Shown here piece by piece: positions 34,862 through 42,331 of a stretch of 42,381 nucleotides of DNA. This DNA is from an uncultured Pseudomonadales bacterium (GTDB lineage: Bacteria > Patescibacteriota > Microgenomatia > UBA1400 > UBA12028), in contig CAZNKS010000003.1 of the NCBI GenBank assembly GCA_964574065.1, positions 1 to 42,381 on the forward strand, written 5' to 3'. Position 1 is the first letter of the stretch. The number at the start of each line of letters is the position of its first letter. Below the pieces are notes generated by a model that saw only the letters and a list, made by a program, of their open reading frames with translations, made no database searches and was not told where the DNA came from. The translations under genes were made by a program, and so were the position numbers.

Positions 34862-36730
34862 CTATAGCTTGATATAAATTCGACGAACCCCGGCTGATAC
34901 AGCTTCTTCCTTATAAATAGAAACGGGACCAATAACGCCTGTATGTTCTACGTGGGGACCACCACAGAGTTCTTTTGATATCCAGTCAGTTTTGGGATCT
35001 TTCCCAATCGTGTAGACCGACACTTCGTCTGGGTACTTTTCTATGAAGAAAGCAATTGCCCCAGAGTCTAATGCTTCTTGTTTCTGCATGATCTGTTTTG
35101 TAACCGGAAGATCGGCCTGAATCCACTCATTTATTTGAGCCTCCACTTTTTTCTTTTCTTCTTCTGTTACCGCCTTTGGGTGAGAAAAATCAAACCGTAA
35201 CCGTTCGCCAGTAATGTTGCTACCTTTTTGCTGGACGTGAGTACCCAAAATTTTTCGAAGGGCAGCATGCAGCAGATGAGTAGTCGTGTGATACTTAATC
35301 GTATTCTCGGATTGATCTGCAAGACCCCCCTTGAACATTCCGCTGGAAGCAGTTCGAGAAAGTTCTTTGTGTTTGTCAAATTCTCTCTGGAACTGTTCCT
35401 TATCAACCACTTGACCCCGTTCTTGAGCAATTTCTTGCGTAAGCTCCAGAGGGAAACCATAGGTTTCATACATGCGAAATGCAATGTGTCCGTCTAGCAC
35501 TGGGACTTTTTCAATTTCCTTGAGCCCTTTTGCAAGAGTCTTACGGAATTTTTTTTCTTCTGTAACTAACGAGTCAACAATAAACTGACGTTGTTCATTC
35601 ACATTTGGATAGGCTTGTTCATACATGCCAATTACAACATCGATAAGTTCTGGAAGAAACTCGTTAGACACCCCCATGGTATCTGCAAAACGAATTGCTC
35701 TGCGGACAAGTCTTCGGGCAAAGTATCCTTGGGCTTTGTTGGTAGGAATTACCCCATCTGAAGCCAGCATAACAGCTGCCCGAATATGGTCGGCGACAAC
35801 ACGCATTGCAAATGTAGTCGTCTGATCAGTGCCATATGTTTTCCCGGTGAGTCTTTCCAGTTGTGTGACTATTGGAAGAAATGCATCGGTTTTAAACATG
35901 TCAGGCTCATTTTCCACCGCAGCAAGTAATCGCTCTAAGCCACCTCCAAAATCAATATTTTTCTTTTCTAAAGGAACAAACCCATGTTCAGTCTTCTTAT
36001 ATGCCATGAACACGTTATTGCCAATCTCCATAAATCTGCCACAGTCACAGTTCACGTGGCATGGCTTATCTTTCCATTTTGATTGTTCATGGAAGTTACG
36101 TTCTGCACCAAAGTCAAAAAAGATCTCACTATCAGGGCCTCCAGGTTCTCCTACAGGCATATTCTCTGGAGCACCTGCGCGTGACCACCAATTTTTCTTG
36201 GCCTCATAGTAGAAGATACGTCCATCCTGCATACCATGTTCTTCTGAAAAATCGACATCTTTTGCTTCAATTCCAACCTTTGCAAACTGTTCTTTCCAAA
36301 AACCAACTGCCTCAGTATCCTTTGGAATTCCAATTTTCTCTTCCCCACGAAACACGGTTATATATACCCTATGCGGATCAAGTCCCAGACCATATTCTTT
36401 ATTCGTTATGAATTCAAAAATCCAAGCGATTTGTTCTTTTTTGAAATAATCCCCTAGAGACCAGTTTCCAAGCATTTCAAAGAAGGTGTCATGCCGATTA
36501 TCGCCCACCTCTTCAATGTCTTGAGCTCGAAAACATTTTTGTGAGTCTGCAATGCGTGTGCCCTTTGGATGCGTTTCACCGAGCAGATAGGTGATCATAG
36601 GCTGCATGCCGGACCCTGTAAAAAGAGTTGTCGGATCGTTCTCTGGAATTAAAGGACTTGAGGGAACAATGGTATGCCCGTGGTTCTTGAAAAACTCTAC
36701 ATAAAGACTTCGTAATTGATTCAATGTCAT
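34862..36730 (-). CDS. alaS: Alanine--tRNA ligase, short form lacking the C-terminal C-Ala domain
   Basis: I chose the ATG at 36728-36730 (MTLNQLRSLYVEFFKNHGH...). It has the class II core (FTGSGMQP, FEMLGNWSLGDYFK) and the editing-domain motifs HTTTHLLHAAL and CGGPHV. It ends about 35 aa after the latter, at 622 aa, against about 870 aa in typical bacteria. Confidence 0.92.
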   Translation of the reverse strand: MTLNQLRSLYVEFFKNHGHTIVPSSPLIPENDPTTLFTGSGMQPMITYLLGETHPKGTRIADSQKCFRAQDIEEVGDNRHDTFFEMLGNWSLGDYFKKEQIAWIFEFITNKEYGLGLDPHRVYITVFRGEEKIGIPKDTEAVGFWKEQFAKVGIEAKDVDFSEEHGMQDGRIFYYEAKKNWWSRAGAPENMPVGEPGGPDSEIFFDFGAERNFHEQSKWKDKPCHVNCDCGRFMEIGNNVFMAYKKTEHGFVPLEKKNIDFGGGLERLLAAVENEPDMFKTDAFLPIVTQLERLTGKTYGTDQTTTFAMRVVADHIRAAVMLASDGVIPTNKAQGYFARRLVRRAIRFADTMGVSNEFLPELIDVVIGMYEQAYPNVNEQRQFIVDSLVTEEKKFRKTLAKGLKEIEKVPVLDGHIAFRMYETYGFPLELTQEIAQERGQVVDKEQFQREFDKHKELSRTASSGMFKGGLADQSENTIKYHTTTHLLHAALRKILGTHVQQKGSNITGERLRFDFSHPKAVTEEEKKKVEAQINEWIQADLPVTKQIMQKQEALDSGAIAFFIEKYPDEVSVYTIGKDPKTDWISKELCGGPHVEHTGVIGPVSIYKEEAVSAGVRRIYIKL

Positions 36731-36737
36731 GGAAGGA

Positions 36738-36746
36738 ATTGTACCA
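36738..36746 (-). promoter_or_regulatory. Extended -10 element 7 nt upstream of the alaS ATG (suggests a leaderless mRNA)
   Basis: The minus strand reads TGGTACAAT, then TCCTTCC, then ATG. There is no SD. Confidence 0.4.
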
Positions 36747-36770
36747 GGCAAAGCAATGCTGTTCTAGAGG

Positions 36771-37049
36771 CTAGCGGCCTGATTTTTTGCCTGAAAGTGA
36801 CTTCGTGACGGATTGCACAGCTTTGAAGAAGCCTCCAAAGTCGGAGATCATGGTTTGAAGACTTAAGAAAGGTGCCAAAGAGCGAAGGGCAGTATCTTCT
36901 ACGTTATCAATCGCTGCCTGTAACTGGATTAATGTCTTTTTCAAGGTTACCAAAACAACGGTCAAGACCATGAGGAAGACTGCTACTAAAACAGTTAAAA
37001 AGGTAATCAAAATTGTCAGGAGAAGAATGATTTGATCGTACATATCCAT
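36771..37049 (-). CDS. Small membrane protein, DUF948-like (N-terminal TM plus a coiled segment)
   Basis: The sequence is MDMYDQIILLLTILITFLTVLVAVFLMVLTVVLV...LIQLQAAIDNVEDTALRSL. The start is ATG 37049 or ATG 37043 (the track start is a TTG). A TATACT at 37055-37050 lies 6 nt before the second ATG. Confidence 0.6.
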   Translation of the reverse strand: MDMYDQIILLLTILITFLTVLVAVFLMVLTVVLVTLKKTLIQLQAAIDNVEDTALRSLAPFLSLQTMISDFGGFFKAVQSVTKSLSGKKSGR

Positions 37050-37082
37050 AGTATACAGGATACTCAAAAAACCTTCGAATGT

Positions 37083-37712
37083 TTATTTTTCAACCGTTAC
37101 CATGACTTGATTTGTCGTTTGCTTGCCGTATCTGTTTTTAGAAGTAATCGTAATGACGTGTGATCCAGGCAGTAGTTCCAGTTGAGTAACAAATTCGCCA
37201 TCCTGCGTCACTCCCACAGCTTGACCATCAATTTCCACCACTGCATCGCTTGTTGTGTTCCCTCTAACAACAAGAGGCGACACAACTTTTTCAGATTCTT
37301 TAGGGCTTGAGACTGTTAACATGGGTGCTTGTCGTACTCGTTGATATGTCCAAAACCCATATCCGCCGATGACAATAAAAAATAATGCGAAGATTGATGC
37401 GATGATGCTGACAGTCGCCTGCTGCTGTCGCTGTTTCTTTCTTTCGACAACAGTAAGTGGATATGTTGTTTCTGAGTTAAATTTAAAATCTCTACGAAAC
37501 AATGCCAACATTGCTTCAGGTTGTAGTCCTACAAAAGTAGAAAGACTATCGATATAACCTTGGGTTGAAACAGGAGATGGCAATTTTTCAAAAGCGTTTG
37601 CTTCAATGAATTCTATGTATTCTTCTTTTATTTTAGTCGCGAAAGACACATGTTTTATAGAGTAATGTAACTGTTCCCTCTGTTTTTTGAGGAGTTCTCC
37701 TACTGATTTCAT
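37083..37712 (-). CDS. RodZ-like protein (N-terminal HTH, TM helix, extracellular beta-rich domain)
   Basis: The N-terminus reads MKSVGELLKKQREQLHYSIKHVSFATKIKEEYIEFIE..F..LP, resembling the XRE/RodZ HTH. It has a single TM helix (VSIIASIFALFFIVIGGYGFW) and a C-terminal domain of about 80 aa. Confidence 0.6.
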   Translation of the reverse strand: MKSVGELLKKQREQLHYSIKHVSFATKIKEEYIEFIEANAFEKLPSPVSTQGYIDSLSTFVGLQPEAMLALFRRDFKFNSETTYPLTVVERKKQRQQQATVSIIASIFALFFIVIGGYGFWTYQRVRQAPMLTVSSPKESEKVVSPLVVRGNTTSDAVVEIDGQAVGVTQDGEFVTQLELLPGSHVITITSKNRYGKQTTNQVMVTVEK

Positions 37713-37735
37713 ACCAACCTATTCTGCGATTACTG

Positions 37736-39943
37736 TTACATTGAAGCACTTTCACGCGAAGCGAGGTATTCTTGTGCTCGGGTGACATTTATTTCTCGTC
37801 CTTTACTTCCTTGATCATCTCCGACGATGCCTTCTTCAGCCAGCATATCGACGATTCGTGCTGCCCGACCATATCCTAGAGACAACCGTCGTTGTAACAC
37901 CGAAACCGAGGCTTTGTTATATTGCAGAATAACACGGATTGCATCGAGCATTGTTTGCTCATCTTTATCCGCTGTCCCTGATGCTTTTTCCCCTGATCCC
38001 GTGATTTGATTTGTTGTCTGGAATTTTTCTGTGATATCAGAGACATAGGCAGGGTCAACACCTTGTTGTTTTATAAAATCAATCAACTTTCGGATTTCAT
38101 GATCAGCAACAAACGTCCCTTGCACACGAGTTGGCTTGGCTTGATCAGGAGGAATATACAACATATCACCCCGTCCAAGTAGCTTCTCTGCACCTGGCAT
38201 ATCCAAAATGACACGTGAATCAATCATGGACGATACGTTAAACGCAATTCGGGTTGGAACGTTGGCTTTGATTAAGCCAGTAATAACGTTTACGGATGGT
38301 CGCTGGGTTGCAAGAATCAAATGAATTCCGACAGCTCGAGCCATCTGAGCTATTCGTGTAATTGCTTCTTCGACCGGTGCAGGAGCGAGCAACATAATGT
38401 CAGCTAATTCATCAATCACGATGACGATGTAATGCATTGCCTGAAAACCTGCCATTTCGTTATACGCAGCAATGTTACGAACGCCCACTTCGGCAAATAA
38501 TTTGTAGCGATTATTCATTTCATTCACTGCCCATTGCAATGTTCCTAACACTTTGTTTGTATCGGTGATGACAGGAGTAAGTAAATGTGGGATATCGTTA
38601 TATTGCGTTAATTCCACACGTTTGGGATCAACCATAATAAACTTCACTTCATCAGGGGTAGCACGGAACAAAATACTTGCAATAAAAGCATTAATCGCAA
38701 CTGATTTTCCAGAGCCTGTTGCACCTGCAATAAGTGCGTGTGGCATCTTCGCAATATCGATGACAACTGGTTTTCCGGAAACATCCAAACCTAACGCAAC
38801 GGCTAACTTCGAAGTAACTTTCTTTATCTGTTCAGACTGAAGCATTGTTCGAAGCGTAACGAACTCCGCACTCAAGTTTGGAATTTCAACACCAACAAGT
38901 GACTTACCTGGAATTGGAGCTTCAATACGAATTTGTCCGGTGGGAGCTGCAAGCGCCAAAGCCAAGTCGTTGGCAAGTGCAGTAATCTTTGAAAGCTTGG
39001 TCCCTGATCCAATGGATAGTCCATACTGTGTAACAGCAGGTCCTCTGTTTACTTCAACCACTCTAGCGGTGATTCCAAATGAATCAAGTGTTTTCTCGAT
39101 AATGTCCGCATTTGTATTGACATCACCTCTATTTGCCTGGCCTCCGGCTTTCGGATCAAGCAGAGACACCGGTGGTAATGTCCAGACCTGCAACTTCTGA
39201 GGAGACGGCATTTCGATCTCCGCTTTCTTCTCTGCGGTTGCAGGAGCAGTCTTTCCCAGTACTTCAATCTTTTTTTCAGGATCTAAGAGAGGTTTTATAT
39301 CTGTCTTGTGTGAAAGTACGTCAGTTTCTTTGGGTGCAGCTGTATCAAGAATACGGATTTTCTTGTCATCAAACTCGTTATCTTTTGCCTGCTCATCTGC
39401 AGAAAAGTCACGACGAGTATTTTTTGGCAGTTGGAACATACTTGCTCCTGGTGTTCCCAGTGGTTGTCCAGGAACTATCTCAAATAAACCAGCAATAAAA
39501 TGAACTATATCCCCAATTCCGGTATCGGTCATGAGTAGAAAGCCAGCGATCACTACGAGCAAAGAAAGAAAAACAGCCCCGCCCGCAGAGATCAAATCGG
39601 CCAGGGCTTCAAAGAGGGTGACGCCAATCTCTCCTTCGGAGAAAAGACTGGTGCTACCCAAAAAAATAATCATTGCCCCTAAAAAGACATGCGGCTTTGC
39701 GAATGCCCACTTGATTTTGGTAAGCATCAGTCCTGCGGTAAAGAAGAGAAATGGAACAAGCAGTGCTACGTGTCCAAACCAGTTACGAAGTAAGGAATTG
39801 ACGACAGAAAAGATATAGCCATTCCCTTTAAAGGAGAACATTGTCAGCCCTGAGAGCGCAAAGAAAACCAGACATGCTATTGAGTATGCAAGATCTTCTC
39901 GAATCTTTAATTTAATTGGAGATGAACGCCGCCTACGACCCAC
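37736..39943 (-). CDS. ftsK: DNA translocase FtsK/SpoIIIE
   Basis: It has N-terminal TM helices, Walker A (AGATGSGKSV), Walker B (IVIVIDELADIM) and a C-terminal gamma-like winged helix (ASVSVLQRRLSLGYGRAARIVD). I chose the GTG start at 39941-39943, which is preceded 5 nt upstream by the SD GAGGAAGGAG. The track start at 39979 is a TTG without an SD. Confidence 0.92.
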   Translation of the reverse strand: MGRRRRSSPIKLKIREDLAYSIACLVFFALSGLTMFSFKGNGYIFSVVNSLLRNWFGHVALLVPFLFFTAGLMLTKIKWAFAKPHVFLGAMIIFLGSTSLFSEGEIGVTLFEALADLISAGGAVFLSLLVVIAGFLLMTDTGIGDIVHFIAGLFEIVPGQPLGTPGASMFQLPKNTRRDFSADEQAKDNEFDDKKIRILDTAAPKETDVLSHKTDIKPLLDPEKKIEVLGKTAPATAEKKAEIEMPSPQKLQVWTLPPVSLLDPKAGGQANRGDVNTNADIIEKTLDSFGITARVVEVNRGPAVTQYGLSIGSGTKLSKITALANDLALALAAPTGQIRIEAPIPGKSLVGVEIPNLSAEFVTLRTMLQSEQIKKVTSKLAVALGLDVSGKPVVIDIAKMPHALIAGATGSGKSVAINAFIASILFRATPDEVKFIMVDPKRVELTQYNDIPHLLTPVITDTNKVLGTLQWAVNEMNNRYKLFAEVGVRNIAAYNEMAGFQAMHYIVIVIDELADIMLLAPAPVEEAITRIAQMARAVGIHLILATQRPSVNVITGLIKANVPTRIAFNVSSMIDSRVILDMPGAEKLLGRGDMLYIPPDQAKPTRVQGTFVADHEIRKLIDFIKQQGVDPAYVSDITEKFQTTNQITGSGEKASGTADKDEQTMLDAIRVILQYNKASVSVLQRRLSLGYGRAARIVDMLAEEGIVGDDQGSKGREINVTRAQEYLASRESASM

Positions 39944-40060
39944 AAACACTCCTTCCTCACCAGGGTAGTTACTATTCAAATTTTAGTATATCGAAGAATA
40001 GACGATACCACTAGAGACAAGAAAAGACAAACTTCCCAAAGTCAAAAAGAGGGAAAATTT

Positions 40061-40936
40061 TTAGAGCTCTTCAACTTTGATTTCGGTTTGGAAATCTGGG
40101 GTTTGGAGTAACTTGAGATATTTTTCGGTAGTTGTAATGCGTTTGTGGCCTACCAACTGACTGACATACACCAAAGGTGTTCCGGCGGCAAGCTGTTGCA
40201 CGATAAACGTATGACGGAGATCATTGACCTTCGCATCCTTAATGCCAGCTAAACGGAAATATCGATCGATTGCGGTACGAATATTACGAACCAAAAATGG
40301 ACGACAAGTTTTGGTCACAAACAAGGTTTTTTGGCGCGTCTTTGGACGAATTTCCAAATACTCTTTCAGAGAGGACACAGCTGCATTATTCAAAGGAACT
40401 ATACGTCCAGGATGAGACTCTTGTGGCTTGACATGAACCTGCTTCTTCTCCAAATCCACATCTTCAACTTCTAAGTTAGCGAGTTCACTAATACGCATCC
40501 CTGTTTGAAGCAGGACTTCCACGATTGTGGAGATACGCTTATCGGCTCGACATGCGTCACGCAAAGCTCGATATTCGAGCTTCGTTAACACCCGTGGATC
40601 AGACAGCTCATATTTTGGATGAGACACTGAATTCGCAGGGTTATCTAAGATAACTCCACTTGAGCGTAAAAAGCGGAAAAATGACTTAATTGAGTTGATT
40701 TTTCGGTAAATTGATTTATCAGTGTAGCGTTCACCACCCAGAACTGATTTAAACTCTTCGATATCCTCAGCGCTTACGTCGGCAGGACTCTGTTTATTGT
40801 CCTTTTTAGCCAAGAATTCTAAAAATTGTTCAATATCTTTGCCATAGGCAATCACAGTCGCCCCAGCGCGACCCTTGACTTTTAGGTCCTGGAGAAATTG
40901 TTGATGATAATCAGATAAAGTACGTGTTTCGTCCAT
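40061..40936 (-). CDS. Site-specific tyrosine recombinase, XerC/XerD family
   Basis: It has an N-terminal SAM-like domain and the catalytic pattern R (GMRISEL), HxxR (LRHTF), GH (LVGHKRITTTEKY) and Tyr. It lies directly upstream of ftsK. Confidence 0.85.
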   Translation of the reverse strand: MDETRTLSDYHQQFLQDLKVKGRAGATVIAYGKDIEQFLEFLAKKDNKQSPADVSAEDIEEFKSVLGGERYTDKSIYRKINSIKSFFRFLRSSGVILDNPANSVSHPKYELSDPRVLTKLEYRALRDACRADKRISTIVEVLLQTGMRISELANLEVEDVDLEKKQVHVKPQESHPGRIVPLNNAAVSSLKEYLEIRPKTRQKTLFVTKTCRPFLVRNIRTAIDRYFRLAGIKDAKVNDLRHTFIVQQLAAGTPLVYVSQLVGHKRITTTEKYLKLLQTPDFQTEIKVEEL

Positions 40937-40981
40937 TCGATGTGTATTCTAAAAAGATTATGAGTACAATGAGTAGATAAA

Positions 40982-41005
40982 TTGAGAAAAACAGATTTTT
41001 CTCAA
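40982..41005. repeat. Perfect 10-4-10 palindrome between xer and the FtsB-like gene
   Basis: The sequence is TTGAGAAAAA-CAGA-TTTTTCTCAA, which can also be read as 9-6-9. It lies about 45 nt upstream of the xer ATG and just downstream of the xer promoter-like motif. Confidence 0.7.
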
Positions 41006-41010
41006 GTCTT

Positions 41011-41039
41011 ATAATAACAATCAGACTGTCTTGAGTCAA
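41011..41039 (-). promoter_or_regulatory. Promoter-like motif with extended -10 for xer
   Basis: The minus strand has TTGACT (41039-41034), a 17-nt spacer, and TGTTATTAT (41019-41011). A plus-strand TATAAT (41010-41015) overlaps it face to face and could serve the FtsB-like gene. Confidence 0.4.
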
Positions 41040-41054
41040 TGAGAGAAAAGGATC

Positions 41055-41441
41055 ATGAGAAATAAGCCCTTGTTTCCCCACCAACGCCCGCCTCTTGCTT
41101 CAAATCAGAGGTTTTCTATCGCCAAAAAGCCATCTTCCCTGTTTGAATTTTTGCTCCATCCCTTCGTTATCGGACTATGGATTCTTTTTTGCATCCTTTC
41201 TGGGATCTCCTTGATTCGTTCAGGGCTTCTCTCCCAACGGGTACTGGAACAAAAAAAAGCCGCCCAAGAAGAGCTAGAAAAAGAGGAAGAAAAGGGAATT
41301 CAGTTGATTGAGGAATTGCAAAAAGCAAATTCCTCCACGGAAAAGGAACGAATTATTCGAGAAGAACTACGAATGCAAAAGCCAGGTGAGGTCATTTTGC
41401 AGCTTCCAACCACAAGCCCTTCTCCAGCTATAGCTGAATAA
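41055..41441 (+). CDS. Septum formation initiator family protein (FtsB/DivIC-like)
   Basis: It has a single TM helix (LHPFVIGLWILFCILSGISLI) and a coiled coil (QKKAAQEELEKEEEKGIQLIEELQKA). Then comes the family-typical ERIIREELRMQKPGEVILQLP. Confidence 0.75.
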   Translation: MRNKPLFPHQRPPLASNQRFSIAKKPSSLFEFLLHPFVIGLWILFCILSGISLIRSGLLSQRVLEQKKAAQEELEKEEEKGIQLIEELQKANSSTEKERIIREELRMQKPGEVILQLPTTSPSPAIAE

Positions 41442-41464
41442 GCCTGTATCTCTATTTTGGGAAG

Positions 41465-41537
41465 TGTCAGGGGCGGGCTTCGATCCCGCGACCGCCACGT
41501 TATGAATGTGGTGCTCTACCAGCTGAGCTACCCTGAC
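41465..41537 (-). tRNA. tRNA with CAU anticodon (elongator Met, or Ile2 if lysidine-modified)
   Basis: The 73-nt sequence GTCAGGGTAGCTCAGCTGGTAGAGCACCACATTCATAACGTGGCGGTCGCGGGATCGAAGCCCGCCCCTGACA folds as a cloverleaf. It has a 7-bp acceptor stem, a D arm GCTC/GAGC, the anticodon loop TTCATAA, and a T arm GCGGG/CCCGC. The G1-C72 pair argues against an initiator. No CCA is encoded. The T-loop reads AUCGAAG. Confidence 0.88.
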
Positions 41538-41551
41538 TACTTGAGATAAGT

Positions 41552-41560
41552 AGTATACCA
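41552..41560 (-). promoter_or_regulatory. Extended -10 element upstream of the tRNA
   Basis: The minus strand reads TGGTATACT. It ends 14 nt before tRNA position 1. Confidence 0.4.
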
Positions 41561-42256
41561 TTATTCCTGAAAATCGAAGAGAGACATCTTTCGGAACTCT
41601 TGCAACCAAGTTAATATTTTCACGAATAATTCGCGTTTGCCTGGAACTCGTATTCGTAGCATTCCTATGTACCCTGTCTCTTTTTTCTCAGGAAATGAGA
41701 GGGACGTTTGAAAGAAAGGTTTTTGAAACTGCGCCTGGCTCAGACCGATAAAGTTGGCCCATTCCGTCTGAATCCTTAAGACTTCATCCGCATAAGCAGT
41801 GTGAATTCGTATACTTCCTCTTATCTCGTCTTTTTTTACACCTCCAAATAACTGCAGCCACTCAACAAACTGTCTTACCATGTGTGGATCGCTGTTAACA
41901 AACCCCAGACTGTGGTCTTTTTTGAATCCTTCTGACCAGTAGAGTACTAATCCTAGAAGAAAGCCTCTGTCCTTAATAAGCAGGGGGAACTCGCTTTTTG
42001 CCAATTCTTCTATCTTTTTTTCCTTCTCAAAAACAATCTCATGTTTTTTAAAGGCAGCTTTTTCTCGAGATAAGAGAAAAGTATCTCTATGTTTTTTTCT
42101 TATTTGCTCTTGGAGAGCACTATCCAAAACTATGTCCTTTGTCCACGTAAAAGCAGAACCGAGCGATATAGATAACTCACGGGAGATTTCTCTGTGTGTT
42201 TTTCCGTTTTTACGAAGCTCTCTAGCCTTTTTCTTCAGAAATGAACTATTCAGCAT
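41561..42256 (-). CDS. Hypothetical protein with an N-terminal HTH and a LAGLIDADG-like motif (possible free-standing homing-endonuclease relative)
   Basis: I chose the ATG at 42254-42256 (the track start is a GTG). The HTH-like segment is ARELRKNGKTHREISRELSISLGSAFTW. The segment RGFLLGLVLYWSEGFKKDHSLGFVNSDPHMVRQFVEWLQLFG resembles the LAGLIDADG helix plus beta-hairpin layout. The assignment is by eye. Confidence 0.45.
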   Translation of the reverse strand: MLNSSFLKKKARELRKNGKTHREISRELSISLGSAFTWTKDIVLDSALQEQIRKKHRDTFLLSREKAAFKKHEIVFEKEKKIEELAKSEFPLLIKDRGFLLGLVLYWSEGFKKDHSLGFVNSDPHMVRQFVEWLQLFGGVKKDEIRGSIRIHTAYADEVLRIQTEWANFIGLSQAQFQKPFFQTSLSFPEKKETGYIGMLRIRVPGKRELFVKILTWLQEFRKMSLFDFQE

Positions 42257-42262
42257 GAGACC

Positions 42263-42291
42263 ATTATGGAGATTATTTTCGTTCACAGCAA
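42263..42291 (-). promoter_or_regulatory. Promoter-like motif 6 nt upstream of the ATG at 42256 (leaderless layout)
   Basis: The minus strand has TTGCTG (42291-42286), a 17-nt spacer, and CATAAT (42268-42263), followed by GGTCTC and the ATG. Confidence 0.35.
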
Positions 42292-42296
42292 GTCAT

Positions 42297-42324
42297 AAAA
42301 AAACCGCCATCAAGCGGTTTTTTT
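42297..42324. terminator. Bidirectional rho-independent terminator
   Basis: The sequence is AAAAAAACCGC-CATCAA-GCGGTTTTTTT, a stem flanked by A7 and T7. It follows the truncated tRNA on the minus strand. Confidence 0.7.
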
Positions 42325-42331
42325 ACTGTTG

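Noticed and set aside
41367-41609. An 80-aa minus-strand ORF is listed in the track.
   Set aside because: It reads straight through the tRNA(CAU) gene at 41465-41537, so it is an artefact.
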